Shown one piece after another: positions 1 to 7,364 of a stretch of DNA of 34,538 nt. How positions within the stretch are numbered: position 1 is the stretch's first letter; each line of letters starts with the position of its first letter. Both the position numbers and the translations under genes were made by a program. The DNA comes from Thermoanaerobaculia bacterium. Lineage in GTDB: Bacteria; Acidobacteriota; Thermoanaerobaculia; UBA5066. Below the pieces are notes generated by a model. It worked only from the letters and a program-made list of their open reading frames with translations, had not been told where the DNA came from and did no database searches. The stretch is taken from NCBI GenBank assembly GCA_035519355.1, contig DATIWM010000050.1, forward strand, positions 1-34,538, read 5' to 3'.

Positions 1-49
1 GAATGACGGGAATGTCCTCGAGTATCTAGGCGGAACTGAGCACGACACG

Positions 50-643
50 ATGACCCCCACGGATTCCCGCGTGACGATCCACATGGCGGCGAGCCTCGAC
101 GGCTTCATCGCTCGCAAGGACGGGCGCGTCGACTGGCTCGAAACCTCCGACGAATTCGTCGACGGCGACACCATGGACCCGGAATTCGTCGAGGCGTTCC
201 TCAGGACGATCGACTGCTACGTCATGGGATCGCGAACCTATGAGACCGCGCTTCGTTTTGAAGCCCAGGGGTTCGGGTGGTCGTACGGCGACAAACCCAC
301 CTTCGTCCTCACGAGTCGCGAACTACACCGGACCCGGGATACCGTCACATTCCACTCAGGCGATCTCGCGCAGTTCGTGAAGGGGCGCCTACGGCCCACG
401 TTCCGTGCCATCTGGTTTGTCGGAGGTGGTGCCGTCTCCGGCGAATGCCTTCGGCTCGGGCTGGCGGACGAAGTGCGTTATTCGATCCTGCCGATCCTGA
501 TTGGCGACGGGATCCCGTTCTTCGAGAAGCTCGAGAGAGACATCGCCCTCCATCTGGCGGAGGTCAAAGCCTACAAGAGCGGCATGGTGGAGCTTCGGTA
601 CGAGGTTCAAGGTCATCGCGGCGAGTCACGGAACGCCATCTGA
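50..643 (+). CDS. dihydrofolate reductase-like (RibD C-terminal domain) family protein
   Basis: 197-aa ORF with ATG at 50. VTIHMAASLDGFIARKDGRVDWL, YVMGSRTYE and WFVGGGAVSGECLRLGLADE resemble the RibD_C/DHFR-like reductase fold. GC3 is high. Confidence 0.8.
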   Translation: MTPTDSRVTIHMAASLDGFIARKDGRVDWLETSDEFVDGDTMDPEFVEAFLRTIDCYVMGSRTYETALRFEAQGFGWSYGDKPTFVLTSRELHRTRDTVTFHSGDLAQFVKGRLRPTFRAIWFVGGGAVSGECLRLGLADEVRYSILPILIGDGIPFFEKLERDIALHLAEVKAYKSGMVELRYEVQGHRGESRNAI

Positions 644-670
644 CAACAGCCAGCAGCGGACGGCGCTCCG

Positions 671-697
671 CTCGCCGCGGAACGCGATTTCGTCGGG
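671..697 (+). repeat. recurrent intergenic motif, degenerate copy E
   Basis: ctcgccgcGGAACGCGATTTCGTCggg, preceded by GCAGCGGA (653-660) and hairpin AGCGGA/TCCGCT (655-672). It lies between convergent genes, so no plus-strand gene follows closely. Confidence 0.5.
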
Positions 698-714
698 CGC
701 CGAATGTTTCCCCT

Positions 715-1119
715 TTATCCGGGACCCGGCTTGCTCTTGCCCTTGAGATTGAGCGTCACGGCGGCGCGGATGAGATCCCTCAAGGCCGTTTCATCGACCT
801 TGTCGCCTTCGTGGATGTCGATGGCGCGCCTGACATTCCCGTCGAGACTGGAGTTGAACAGTCCTGACGGGTCCTTCAACGAAGCTCCCCTGGAAAACGT
901 CATCTTCACGACGTTCTTGTACACTTCTCCCGTGCAGACGAGGCCACCGTGGGACCAGACGGGAGTCCCCATCCACTTCCACTCTTCGACGATCTCAGGG
1001 TCTGCCGCGAGGATGATTTGACGCACTGTCGCGAGCGTCTTTCCGCGCCAGTCTTCAAGTGCCTTGATCTTCTCGTCGATCAATGCAGAAGCAGATTTCA
1101 CCGCGACGGGCCGTTTCAT
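715..1119 (-). CDS. DUF1801 (YdhG-like) domain protein
   Basis: ORF 715..1131. The ATG at 1119 is preceded by GAGGTGGAG, so I prefer it over the GTG at 1131. DWRGKTLATVRQIILAADPEIVEEWKWMGTPVWSHGG is typical of the DUF1801/YdhG family. Confidence 0.75.
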   Translation of the reverse strand: MKRPVAVKSASALIDEKIKALEDWRGKTLATVRQIILAADPEIVEEWKWMGTPVWSHGGLVCTGEVYKNVVKMTFSRGASLKDPSGLFNSSLDGNVRRAIDIHEGDKVDETALRDLIRAAVTLNLKGKSKPGPG

Positions 1120-1168
1120 CTGCAGCTCCACCTCTTGCAGCCATTTTAACTGAAGGCGACGCCTGCCG

Positions 1169-1870
1169 ATGCCGCTCCATATCGGAATCGTGGCCTGTAG
1201 CGCCGAGGGAGCCGCCCTCTGCTATCGCACCATCTGCGCCGAAGGTCCAGCTCTCATGGGCGCGCACCGGCATCCCGAGGTGTCGATGCACACGCACTCG
1301 CTTGGCGATTACATGGACTTCATCCGTCGAGACGACTGGTCGGGCGTCGCCCGCCTCATGCTGTCCTCGGCGGAGAAGCTTAAGAGAGTCGGCGCCGATT
1401 TCCTCATCTGTCCCGACAACACCATTCACCGGTCCTTCCCCCTGGTCGTGGAGCGTTCGCCCCTCCCCTGGTTACACATTGTGGAAGAGGTCGCGGCCGA
1501 GGCAAGGCGTAGAGGGTTCAGGCGGCTGGCGATCACGGGCACGACGTATACCATGGAGGGCCCGATCTATCCCGACGTCCTCACGCGAAACGGTATCGGC
1601 TTCCGGATACCCTCCACGGCGGACCGCCGAGCCCTGAACGACATCATCTTCGACGAACTGGTCAACGGCATCTTCAAGCCCGAATCCGTCGAGGTCTTCC
1701 GCACCGTCATCGGAGCAATGAGAGCCGAGGGCTGTGACGCCGTGGTTTTGGGATGCACAGAGATTCCTCTACTCATCACGCCGGAAGACTCACCGTTGCC
1801 CGTGCTGGACTCCACTCGGTTGCTTGCTCGCGCGGCGTTACAGAGGGCCATCCACCGACCGCCTGAATGA
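1169..1870 (+). CDS. aspartate/glutamate racemase family protein
   Basis: 233 aa. IGIVACSAEGAALCY near the N-terminus and VVLGCTEIPLL near the C-terminus are the two Cys-containing motifs of Asp/Glu/hydantoin racemases. Confidence 0.8.
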   Translation: MPLHIGIVACSAEGAALCYRTICAEGPALMGAHRHPEVSMHTHSLGDYMDFIRRDDWSGVARLMLSSAEKLKRVGADFLICPDNTIHRSFPLVVERSPLPWLHIVEEVAAEARRRGFRRLAITGTTYTMEGPIYPDVLTRNGIGFRIPSTADRRALNDIIFDELVNGIFKPESVEVFRTVIGAMRAEGCDAVVLGCTEIPLLITPEDSPLPVLDSTRLLARAALQRAIHRPPE

Positions 1871-1889
1871 AGAGTGCCAGGAGAGTGGC

Positions 1890-2300
1890 ATGGTATTCGC
1901 GATCAAAGCCAAGGTTGGCGATTCGTCGGCGGAGATCTTCGCATTCCGCGCGCAGAAGACGATGTATGGGGGCAAGCACATAGCCAAAGGCGACGAGATC
2001 TTCATCTTCGCGAGCGAAAACGAAGGCGGACCGGGTCTCATCGCGAGCGGCGTCGTCACCTCCGCCAGAGCGATCCCAAGGGAAATCGGGATCGCCCGGC
2101 AGACGCCGCGCGTCAGTATCACCATCAGACGCGCCGCGCTCGCAAGGCGACGCCTGGGACGGAGCGAGCTCAAGCGGTATTGCGACTGGAACGACGGTCG
2201 ACCCGGGACCGAGCTGAACTTCAAATTCTACCGTCAGGCAACAAACAAGATCATTGGCATCTCGGATGAGGCCGCGGCGTTCCTCCGCCGATTCTTCTAG
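1890..2300 (+). CDS. hypothetical protein (136 aa)
   Basis: Internal ATG at 1890 of ORF 1734..2300; the upstream part overlaps the racemase gene. GC3 is high. I recognise no family (MVFAIKAKVGDSSAEIFAF...). Confidence 0.55.
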   Translation: MVFAIKAKVGDSSAEIFAFRAQKTMYGGKHIAKGDEIFIFASENEGGPGLIASGVVTSARAIPREIGIARQTPRVSITIRRAALARRRLGRSELKRYCDWNDGRPGTELNFKFYRQATNKIIGISDEAAAFLRRFF

Positions 2301-2301
2301 G

Positions 2302-2336
2302 GCCGCCGATTTCGACAGGAAGACGCGGTATTGTCT
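2302..2336 (+). repeat. recurrent intergenic motif, copy F (two tandem half-cores)
   Basis: gccgccGATTTCGACagg aaGACGCGGTATTGTCt. It ends 37 nt upstream of ATG 2374. Confidence 0.6.
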
Positions 2337-2373
2337 GAGGATCGCGGCCTGCTCACGGAGACGGCCTCGACCC

Positions 2374-2832
2374 ATGCTGGTACCTGCTGCGCGTCCCGAT
2401 CGGCCGACTCGAACCCACGGCTGGGCGTGGCTGGTCCTCACGGCGTGCCTCGCTCTTCACGTTGCGGACGAGGCCGCGCACGACTTCCTCGCCCTCTACA
2501 ACCCCGTTGCGGTCCGCATCCGAGCGGCCCTGCCCTTCCTCCCCCTGCCTGTCTTCTCGTTCCCGGTCTGGCTCGGGGGCCTCGTCCTGGCGGTCATCGT
2601 CCTGGCTGCCCTCTCTCGCTACGCCTTCACGGGTCGCGCCTGGATTCGGCCCGCCTCGTACGTCTACGCCGTCTTCATGCTCTTCAACGGCCTCACCCAT
2701 ATCGTCGGTTCGCTGTATACCCAGCGCCCCCTGGCGGGTGTCCTCACCGCGCCCCTGCTCGTCCTGGCTTCGGCTTTCCTCGCGTGGAGCGTTCCGCGGG
2801 AGCCCGCGACCCGGGCGGGGCCGGTACCTTGA
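2374..2832 (+). CDS. integral membrane protein, unknown function
   Basis: ATG at 2374 within ORF 2254..2832. About four hydrophobic helices (WAWLVLTACLALHV, VWLGGLVLAVIVLAAL, VYAVFMLFNGLTHIVG, LTAPLLVLASAFLAW). Confidence 0.6.
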   Translation: MLVPAARPDRPTRTHGWAWLVLTACLALHVADEAAHDFLALYNPVAVRIRAALPFLPLPVFSFPVWLGGLVLAVIVLAALSRYAFTGRAWIRPASYVYAVFMLFNGLTHIVGSLYTQRPLAGVLTAPLLVLASAFLAWSVPREPATRAGPVP

Positions 2833-2874
2833 GCACGGTGTCTGGCCCCCCCGCTGCGGCGGTCTCGCTCTGCT

Positions 2875-2898
2875 CGCCGCTGAGCTTGATATTGTCGG
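2875..2898 (+). repeat. recurrent intergenic motif, copy G
   Basis: cgccgcTGAGCTTGATATTGTCgg. It ends 20 nt upstream of ATG 2919. Confidence 0.65.
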
Positions 2899-2918
2899 TG
2901 GCGCTAAGGACTTCGCAG

Positions 2919-3611
2919 ATGCTACTCGGCGCGTCGTACGGCTACCTCGCCCTCCTGCTCCTGGCCGGAATTGCGTTCTGGCCGCGGTATCTCTCCCGAC
3001 TCACCGAGAGTATCGATCCCTACACCCACGCCCATGCGGTGCTCGCCCTCTTGTGGTGTCTCCTCCTGATCTGTCAACCATTCCTCGTCCGCAGGAACCG
3101 CCAACTGCACCGACGCGTCGGCGCACTCTCGTATGTCCTCGCGCCATCCTTTGTCGTGGCCTCGCTTCTCCTCGCCAACGCGCGTTTCAGAGCCATGAGT
3201 GACACCACTTTTCGACAAGAGGCGTCCACCCTGTACCTGCCTCTATCCGCGGCCGTTCTGTTCGGTGTTTCCTATGGCCTCGCAATCTATTACCGCCACG
3301 ACGTGGCCCTGCACGCGCGCTTCATGGTGGCGACGGGTCTTCCCATGATCGATCCCGTGGTTGGCAGGGTGTTGTTCTACTACGGGCCTCCGCTCGCTCA
3401 CCCCCTCTACATTCAGGCGATCACGTTCGGGTTGACCGACCTCATCCTTCTCGGGCTCTTCGCCTACCCTTCTCTCCCTCTTCGCTCGCGGGCGACTTTC
3501 GCTCTCCCGGCCGCAGCGTTCCCCGCGCTACACCTGGCATGGTTCACCGTCGTTCAGAGCAGCGCGTGGGTACCCTTCGCGTCCTGGTTCCGTAACCTGC
3601 CCTTGTCATGA
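2919..3611 (+). CDS. integral membrane protein, unknown function
   Basis: ATG at 2919 within the 426-aa ORF 2331..3611; the first 196 codons overlap the previous gene in another frame. There are multiple TM helices from MLLGASYGYLALLLLAGIAFW onward. Confidence 0.6.
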   Translation: MLLGASYGYLALLLLAGIAFWPRYLSRLTESIDPYTHAHAVLALLWCLLLICQPFLVRRNRQLHRRVGALSYVLAPSFVVASLLLANARFRAMSDTTFRQEASTLYLPLSAAVLFGVSYGLAIYYRHDVALHARFMVATGLPMIDPVVGRVLFYYGPPLAHPLYIQAITFGLTDLILLGLFAYPSLPLRSRATFALPAAAFPALHLAWFTVVQSSAWVPFASWFRNLPLS

Positions 3612-3650
3612 GCGGGCTGGGCCTGACCCGCCGTTGCAGCGGGCCCGCTT

Positions 3651-3679
3651 CGCCCGCGGCGGAACGCGGCATCGTCAGG
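3651..3679 (+). repeat. recurrent intergenic motif, copy A
   Basis: cgcccgcggcGGAACGCGGCATCGTCAgg, preceded by GCAGCGGGCCCGC (3636-3648). It ends 8 nt upstream of ATG 3688. Confidence 0.7.
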
Positions 3680-3687
3680 TGTCCAAG

Positions 3688-4233
3688 ATGCCCACGTTCG
3701 TAGCTCTCCTGCGCGGCGTCAACGTCGGCAAGGCCAACCGCGTGCCCATGGCAGAGTTTCGTGCCCTTCTCTCGAGCCTGGGCTACGGGGGCGTCGTCAC
3801 TCTCCTTAACAGCGGTAACGCGGTCTTCCGCGCCGCACGGGGCACTCCGGCGACGCATTCAGCTGCCATCGCGGTAGCCCTCTCACGCGGGATGAATGTC
3901 GAAGTGCTCGTGGTCGTGAAGTCGGCCAAAGAACTCACCGCAATCGTCGCCGAGAGCCCCATCCGGGTTCAAGCAGCCGATCACTCCCGCCTCCTGGTTG
4001 CATTCACCCAGGAGAGCCGGGCCCTGGCGAGCCTGCACACCATCCAGCCGCTCGTCGCGCCGCCAGAGCAGTTTGCGATCGGCAAGAACGCTGCCTACTT
4101 CTTCTGCGCGCGAGGCATGCTGCAGAGTCAGGCGGGCGCGGCGCTCCTCGGAATGGCCGGTCGCGCTGCCACCACGAGAAACTGGGCTACCACACTCAAG
4201 CTGCAGGCGCTTGCGAACGGGGGCGACACCTGA
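3688..4233 (+). CDS. DUF1697 domain protein
   Basis: The N-terminus MPTFVALLRGVNVGKANRVPMAEFRALLSSLGY...LNSGNAVF is the characteristic DUF1697 opening. ATG at 3688. Confidence 0.8.
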   Translation: MPTFVALLRGVNVGKANRVPMAEFRALLSSLGYGGVVTLLNSGNAVFRAARGTPATHSAAIAVALSRGMNVEVLVVVKSAKELTAIVAESPIRVQAADHSRLLVAFTQESRALASLHTIQPLVAPPEQFAIGKNAAYFFCARGMLQSQAGAALLGMAGRAATTRNWATTLKLQALANGGDT

Positions 4234-4282
4234 CCCGTCGCTCGAGCGTCACGCCGTTAAACCGGAAGGATCGGAGAACGGA

Positions 4283-4549
4283 ATGAAGATCGAAATCGTC
4301 TATTGCCCGACGTGACAGAACAACAAGGCCAAGGTCACGAGTCTCGTGGCCATCATCAAGGAACGCCTCGGCATTGAGGCGGTGACCAGGCCGGGCAAGA
4401 CCGGTCAGTTCGACGTGATCGCGGATGGCAGGAGAATCGCCGAACGCGGCGGAAACTGGTTCACTCGAGGCTTCGGCGCCGGCTATCCCGATCTGGATGG
4501 CGTGGTCGAGCAGCTCGAAAAGCACCGGTCGAGCGACGCCGCCCGATAG
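4283..4549 (+). CDS. SelW/Rdx-family thioredoxin-like selenoprotein candidate (in-frame TGA at 4313-4315 read as Sec)
   Basis: ATG 4283 is preceded by GGAGA. MKIEIVYCPT is followed by TGA, and the reading frame continues in the same frame into ORF 4346..4549 (QNNKAKVTSLVAIIKERLGIEAVTRPGKTGQFDVIADGRRIAERGG...). This gives a CxxU motif at the position of the Rdx CxxC/CxxU redox centre. A hairpin follows the TGA. Confidence 0.7.
4327..4351 (+). promoter_or_regulatory. candidate bacterial SECIS hairpin
   Basis: GGCCA(4327-4331) pairs with TGGCC(4347-4351). An alternative register is G4333-C4351 through G4339-C4345 with an AGUCU loop. The stem begins 11-17 nt after the UGA, the usual SECIS position in bacteria. 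Confidence 0.5.
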
Positions 4550-4648
4550 AGGGCACGCCTCGAGACGTCCCGATCGGCCAGGGACTCATCGCTCTCGCTG
4601 GACGACCTCCGGGGGGAGCAGCCAGGCCCTCGTCGAAGCGGACTCACT

Positions 4649-4678
4649 CCGCCTGCCGCTGATCTTGGTATCGTCAGG
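4649..4678 (+). repeat. recurrent intergenic motif, copy B
   Basis: ccgcctgccgctGATCTTGGTATCGTCAgg, preceded by GCAGCCAGGCC (4618-4628). It ends 36 nt upstream of ATG 4715. Confidence 0.7.
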
Positions 4679-4714
4679 CGGCGGGAACAGACGCACCGGC
4701 AAATCGGAGGCCCC

Positions 4715-5131
4715 ATGATTCGTCGTCTTCTGCCTGGAATCCTGGTCGCCCTCGCGCTCGCAGCCTGCTCGAGCACTCCAACCGCGGGTCCCACGCTGGC
4801 CGGCCGATGGGCGCCCCTCAGCGCCGAACTGGGCGGCCAACCGTTCCCCATCGCGAGCCTCGGGGACGCACCCCTCCGGTTGACGAGGGACGCCTACGAG
4901 TTCGGCGGTGACAAGGGGACGTACGCTGTTCTCTCCACGAGTCCGCCATCCAGGATGGACATCCACGGACGAGAAGGGCCGAACGCCGGACGCACGATCC
5001 AGGCAATCTACGAACTCGCCGGCGGCCAACTCACCGTCTGCTATCAGCTGGGGCCGGGAGAACGCCCGACTGAATTCAAGACCACGAAGGGCTCGCAGCT
5101 TCTGCTGATCCGCTACCTGCGCGTTCCATGA
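4715..5131 (+). CDS. TIGR03067-type lipoprotein
   Basis: GGAGG lies upstream of ATG 4715. The signal peptide has lipobox LAAC. LAGRWAPLSAELGGQPFP...IYELAGGQLTVCY...RPTEFKT matches the TIGR03067 pattern known from Planctomycetes and Acidobacteria. Confidence 0.75.
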   Translation: MIRRLLPGILVALALAACSSTPTAGPTLAGRWAPLSAELGGQPFPIASLGDAPLRLTRDAYEFGGDKGTYAVLSTSPPSRMDIHGREGPNAGRTIQAIYELAGGQLTVCYQLGPGERPTEFKTTKGSQLLLIRYLRVP

Positions 5132-5191
5132 ACGCTTCGCCTACTCGCCGCAGCGGGCCGGCGCCTCGCTTTTCGACCCGGCAGACTCGAT

Positions 5192-5220
5192 CCGCCCGCC
5201 GCTGAACGCGATATCGTCAT
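5192..5220 (+). repeat. recurrent intergenic motif, copy C
   Basis: ccgcccgccgctGAACGCGATATCGTCAt, preceded by GCAGCGGGCCGGC (5150-5162) and CGCTTTTCGAC. It ends 49 nt upstream of ATG 5270. Confidence 0.75.
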
Positions 5221-5269
5221 ACCCGCACTGCGGTCCAACCTTGAGGCCATGACCACTGTCTGACGGCGC

Positions 5270-6235
5270 ATGACCCGAAGAACGCTCGCCGACCTCCCCG
5301 GCATCCCCGCCCTGGCCGTTCTCGCGTTCCTCACGACCGTTGCACGTGCCGGTCCGGCGGATTCCACACTGCAGGTGGTTTCCGGTACGACGGATGCGGG
5401 TGATGCCACGGACCAATGGCTGGCCATGCTCCGGAAGAGGCTCTCACCGGCCGAGTACGACTCGGTGGCCCGGCTCCGCAAACTCCGAACTGTTGGGGAA
5501 CAGGCCTGGGCCGCCCTCATCCAGTCGCGGATCGCCTCCTGGGAGCGCGAAATCCCCGCCCTCGCAGCCCCTTTTCACCCGGTCTCTCCCCCCGGCCGGG
5601 TACTCATCGTCCTCGGCAACCGCGACGGGGGCGATGCCTTCACCCACGATCCCACTACCATCGGCTTCGATCTGGCCGAGCTCGCGGCCAACTATGGGGT
5701 CGCCGATCAACCGCAGAATCCCGCGTTGATCGACCGCCTGTTCCGGCATGAGTTCACGCACCTTCTCCAGAAGGCCTGGTTGCCGACGCACCCGTGGTTG
5801 GCGGACTCCCCGCTTCGCGCGGCCCTCCTCGACATATGGCTCGAGGGGCTGGGAAACTACTACTCGCTGTCGGAACGCTGGCGCGGCGAAGACGGCCGGC
5901 GCCCTGAGGCGGCGCAGCGTGCGCTGGCCAGCCTCGAGCCCCGATTCGTGACCCGACTCGCCGCGCTCGCCTGCGCCGACCCCGACAAGGCGGGCGCGTT
6001 ACTGGCCGGCAGCTCGTCGGGCCCTCTTGATCGCAAGTGGGGAGCCATGCCGGCCGCTCTATGGCTCGAGGAGGACCAGGAAGCCTCCCCCATGGCCCTC
6101 CGAAACTTCATCGTGGCGGGTCCCGCCGGGGTCTGGGCGCTGGCTGATCGCCATCTCCCCGAACCGCTCCGCCTCGTGCTCAAGGAGGCTCAGGTCGCGG
6201 ACTCCCTCTGTACAAGCAGGCACCGGTCGCCGTGA
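5270..6235 (+). CDS. secreted HExxH-motif protein (putative zinc metallopeptidase-like)
   Basis: 321 aa with an N-terminal signal-like segment LPGIPALAVLAFLTTVARA and an HEFTH motif (LFRHEFTHLLQKAW). The family is not recognised with certainty. Confidence 0.55.
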   Translation: MTRRTLADLPGIPALAVLAFLTTVARAGPADSTLQVVSGTTDAGDATDQWLAMLRKRLSPAEYDSVARLRKLRTVGEQAWAALIQSRIASWEREIPALAAPFHPVSPPGRVLIVLGNRDGGDAFTHDPTTIGFDLAELAANYGVADQPQNPALIDRLFRHEFTHLLQKAWLPTHPWLADSPLRAALLDIWLEGLGNYYSLSERWRGEDGRRPEAAQRALASLEPRFVTRLAALACADPDKAGALLAGSSSGPLDRKWGAMPAALWLEEDQEASPMALRNFIVAGPAGVWALADRHLPEPLRLVLKEAQVADSLCTSRHRSP

Positions 6236-6286
6236 TTCCATGCGCCACCTGACGACCGCACGAAGGGTCAGCACCCCTCGCTTCCA

Positions 6287-6313
6287 CCCGCCTCCGAACG
6301 CAGCGGCGACAAG
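6287..6313 (+). repeat. recurrent intergenic motif, degenerate copy H
   Basis: cccgcctccGAACGCAGCGGCGACAag. The left half is exact and the right half diverges. It ends 13 nt upstream of ATG 6327. Confidence 0.4.
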
Positions 6314-6326
6314 AGGAGAACGGATC

Positions 6327-6815
6327 ATGAGACCAGCCCGGCGCACGAGCCCCGTAGCTGCCGATGCCGAGGATCAACTCAAGTCCTTCATCGGCAAATT
6401 CGACGCGAAGGATCAACAGCTCATTCGCGCCGTCCGAAGGGCGCTGCGCAAACGGTTTCCGACCGCCAACGAGCTCGTATGGGACAACTACAACTTCTTC
6501 GTGATCGGATACTCCCCGACAGAACGGTCGTCGGATTCGATCGTTTCGATCGCCGCTCGGGCGAACGGCGTCGGTCTCTGCTTCATCCATGGCGCGGCCC
6601 TTCCCGATCCGAAGAAGGTCCTTCTCGGCTCCGGCAACCAGACCCGCTTCATTCGCCTCGAGTCAGCAGCCGTCCTGGCCCGTCCGGAGGTTGAAGCGCT
6701 CTTCGCCGCCGCGATCGCACGGGCGAAGACACCGCTGTCAGCCGCCGGCCGCCGTAAGGTCATCATCCGGTCCGTGTCGGCAAAGCAGCGCCCGCGACGA
6801 AAGCCGGCGAGTTAG
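6327..6815 (+). CDS. DUF1801-like / hypothetical protein
   Basis: ATG 6327 is preceded by AGGAGA. 162 aa. DQQLIRAVRRALRKRFPTANELVWDNYNFFVIGYSP resembles YdhG-like proteins. The upstream part of ORF 6027..6815 overlaps the previous gene. Confidence 0.6.
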   Translation: MRPARRTSPVAADAEDQLKSFIGKFDAKDQQLIRAVRRALRKRFPTANELVWDNYNFFVIGYSPTERSSDSIVSIAARANGVGLCFIHGAALPDPKKVLLGSGNQTRFIRLESAAVLARPEVEALFAAAIARAKTPLSAAGRRKVIIRSVSAKQRPRRKPAS

Positions 6816-6858
6816 ACCCGGGCGTACCGATGGCCGCGGCGCTGGCGGTCCATGTCGT

Positions 6859-6885
6859 CGCGCCGCCGAACGCGGTATCGTCATG
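6859..6885 (+). repeat. recurrent intergenic motif, copy D
   Basis: cgcgccgccGAACGCGGTATCGTCAtg. It ends 50 nt upstream of ATG 6936. Confidence 0.75.
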
Positions 6886-6935
6886 CGGGCACGTCGATCG
6901 AAAACCCGTCGTTCATCTCTCGAGGAGGTCTCGCG

Positions 6936-7328
6936 ATGAAAGCCAAACCTCGGACCATCGACGAGTATCTCGATTTTCAGAGCCCCGAGAAGCGGGCTGC
7001 GCTCGAGAAGCTTCGAAGGGCCATCAAGTCTGCGGCGCCGACGGCCGAAGAGTGCATCAGCTATCAGATTCCGGCCTTTCGTCTCGGCGGGAGGATGTTG
7101 GTCGCCTTTGGCGCGGCTGCAAACCACTGCGCCTTCTACCCCGGAGCCTTCCCCGTGAAAGCCCACAGGAAGGCGCTCAGGGCCTACGACACCAGCAAGG
7201 GCACGATCCGTTTCGATCCGGAGAGTCCTTTGCCGGCCTCCCTCGTCCGCAAGCTGGTCAAGACGAGGATCCTGGAGCACGCCGCCCGACGATCGGGTGA
7301 ATCGTCCGGCCCCAGGCGCCGCCGCTGA
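6936..7328 (+). CDS. DUF1801 (YdhG-like) domain protein
   Basis: ATG 6936 is preceded by GAGGAGG. IDEYLDFQSPEKRAALEKLRRAIKSAAPTAEECISYQIPAFRLGGRMLVAFGAAANHCAFYP is a typical YdhG/DUF1801 sequence. Confidence 0.8.
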   Translation: MKAKPRTIDEYLDFQSPEKRAALEKLRRAIKSAAPTAEECISYQIPAFRLGGRMLVAFGAAANHCAFYPGAFPVKAHRKALRAYDTSKGTIRFDPESPLPASLVRKLVKTRILEHAARRSGESSGPRRRR

Positions 7329-7364
7329 GCCAGGGCGCCGTTCGACGCCTCGAGAGCACACACC

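Noticed and set aside
2405-2420. A tRNA-like T-arm string (GGGTTCGAGTC on the minus strand).
   Set aside because: There is no complementary stem after the loop and no acceptor, D or anticodon arms around it. It lies inside the N-terminal coding region of the membrane protein gene at 2374..2832.
2302-6885. Interpreting the recurrent intergenic motif as integron attC sites, that is, a cassette array.
   Set aside because: attC sites need paired R''/L'' and L'/R' inverted repeats (RYYYAAC ... GTTRRRY) forming a long imperfect hairpin. Only copy D has a GAACG...CGTTC pairing, and copy A has the reverse order. Copies B, C and G have no partner GTT arm. No integrase is in the window.
3651-6885. Interpreting GAAC ... 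CGTC in the motif as an ECF-sigma promoter (-35 GGAAC / -10 CGTC), or as a sigma54 -24/-12 element.
   Set aside because: GAAC and CGTC are only 7 nt apart instead of about 16-17 nt. No AAC element lies 16-17 nt upstream of CGTC. The GG-N10-GC spacing needed for sigma54 is off by one, or absent, in every copy.
7319-7343. CCGCCGCTGAGCC at the end of the DUF1801 gene as another copy of the intergenic motif, upstream of the DinB gene.
   Set aside because: Only the left 10 nt match. They are explained by an Arg-Arg-Arg-stop coding string (cgc cgc cgc tga). The TATCGTC-type core is absent.
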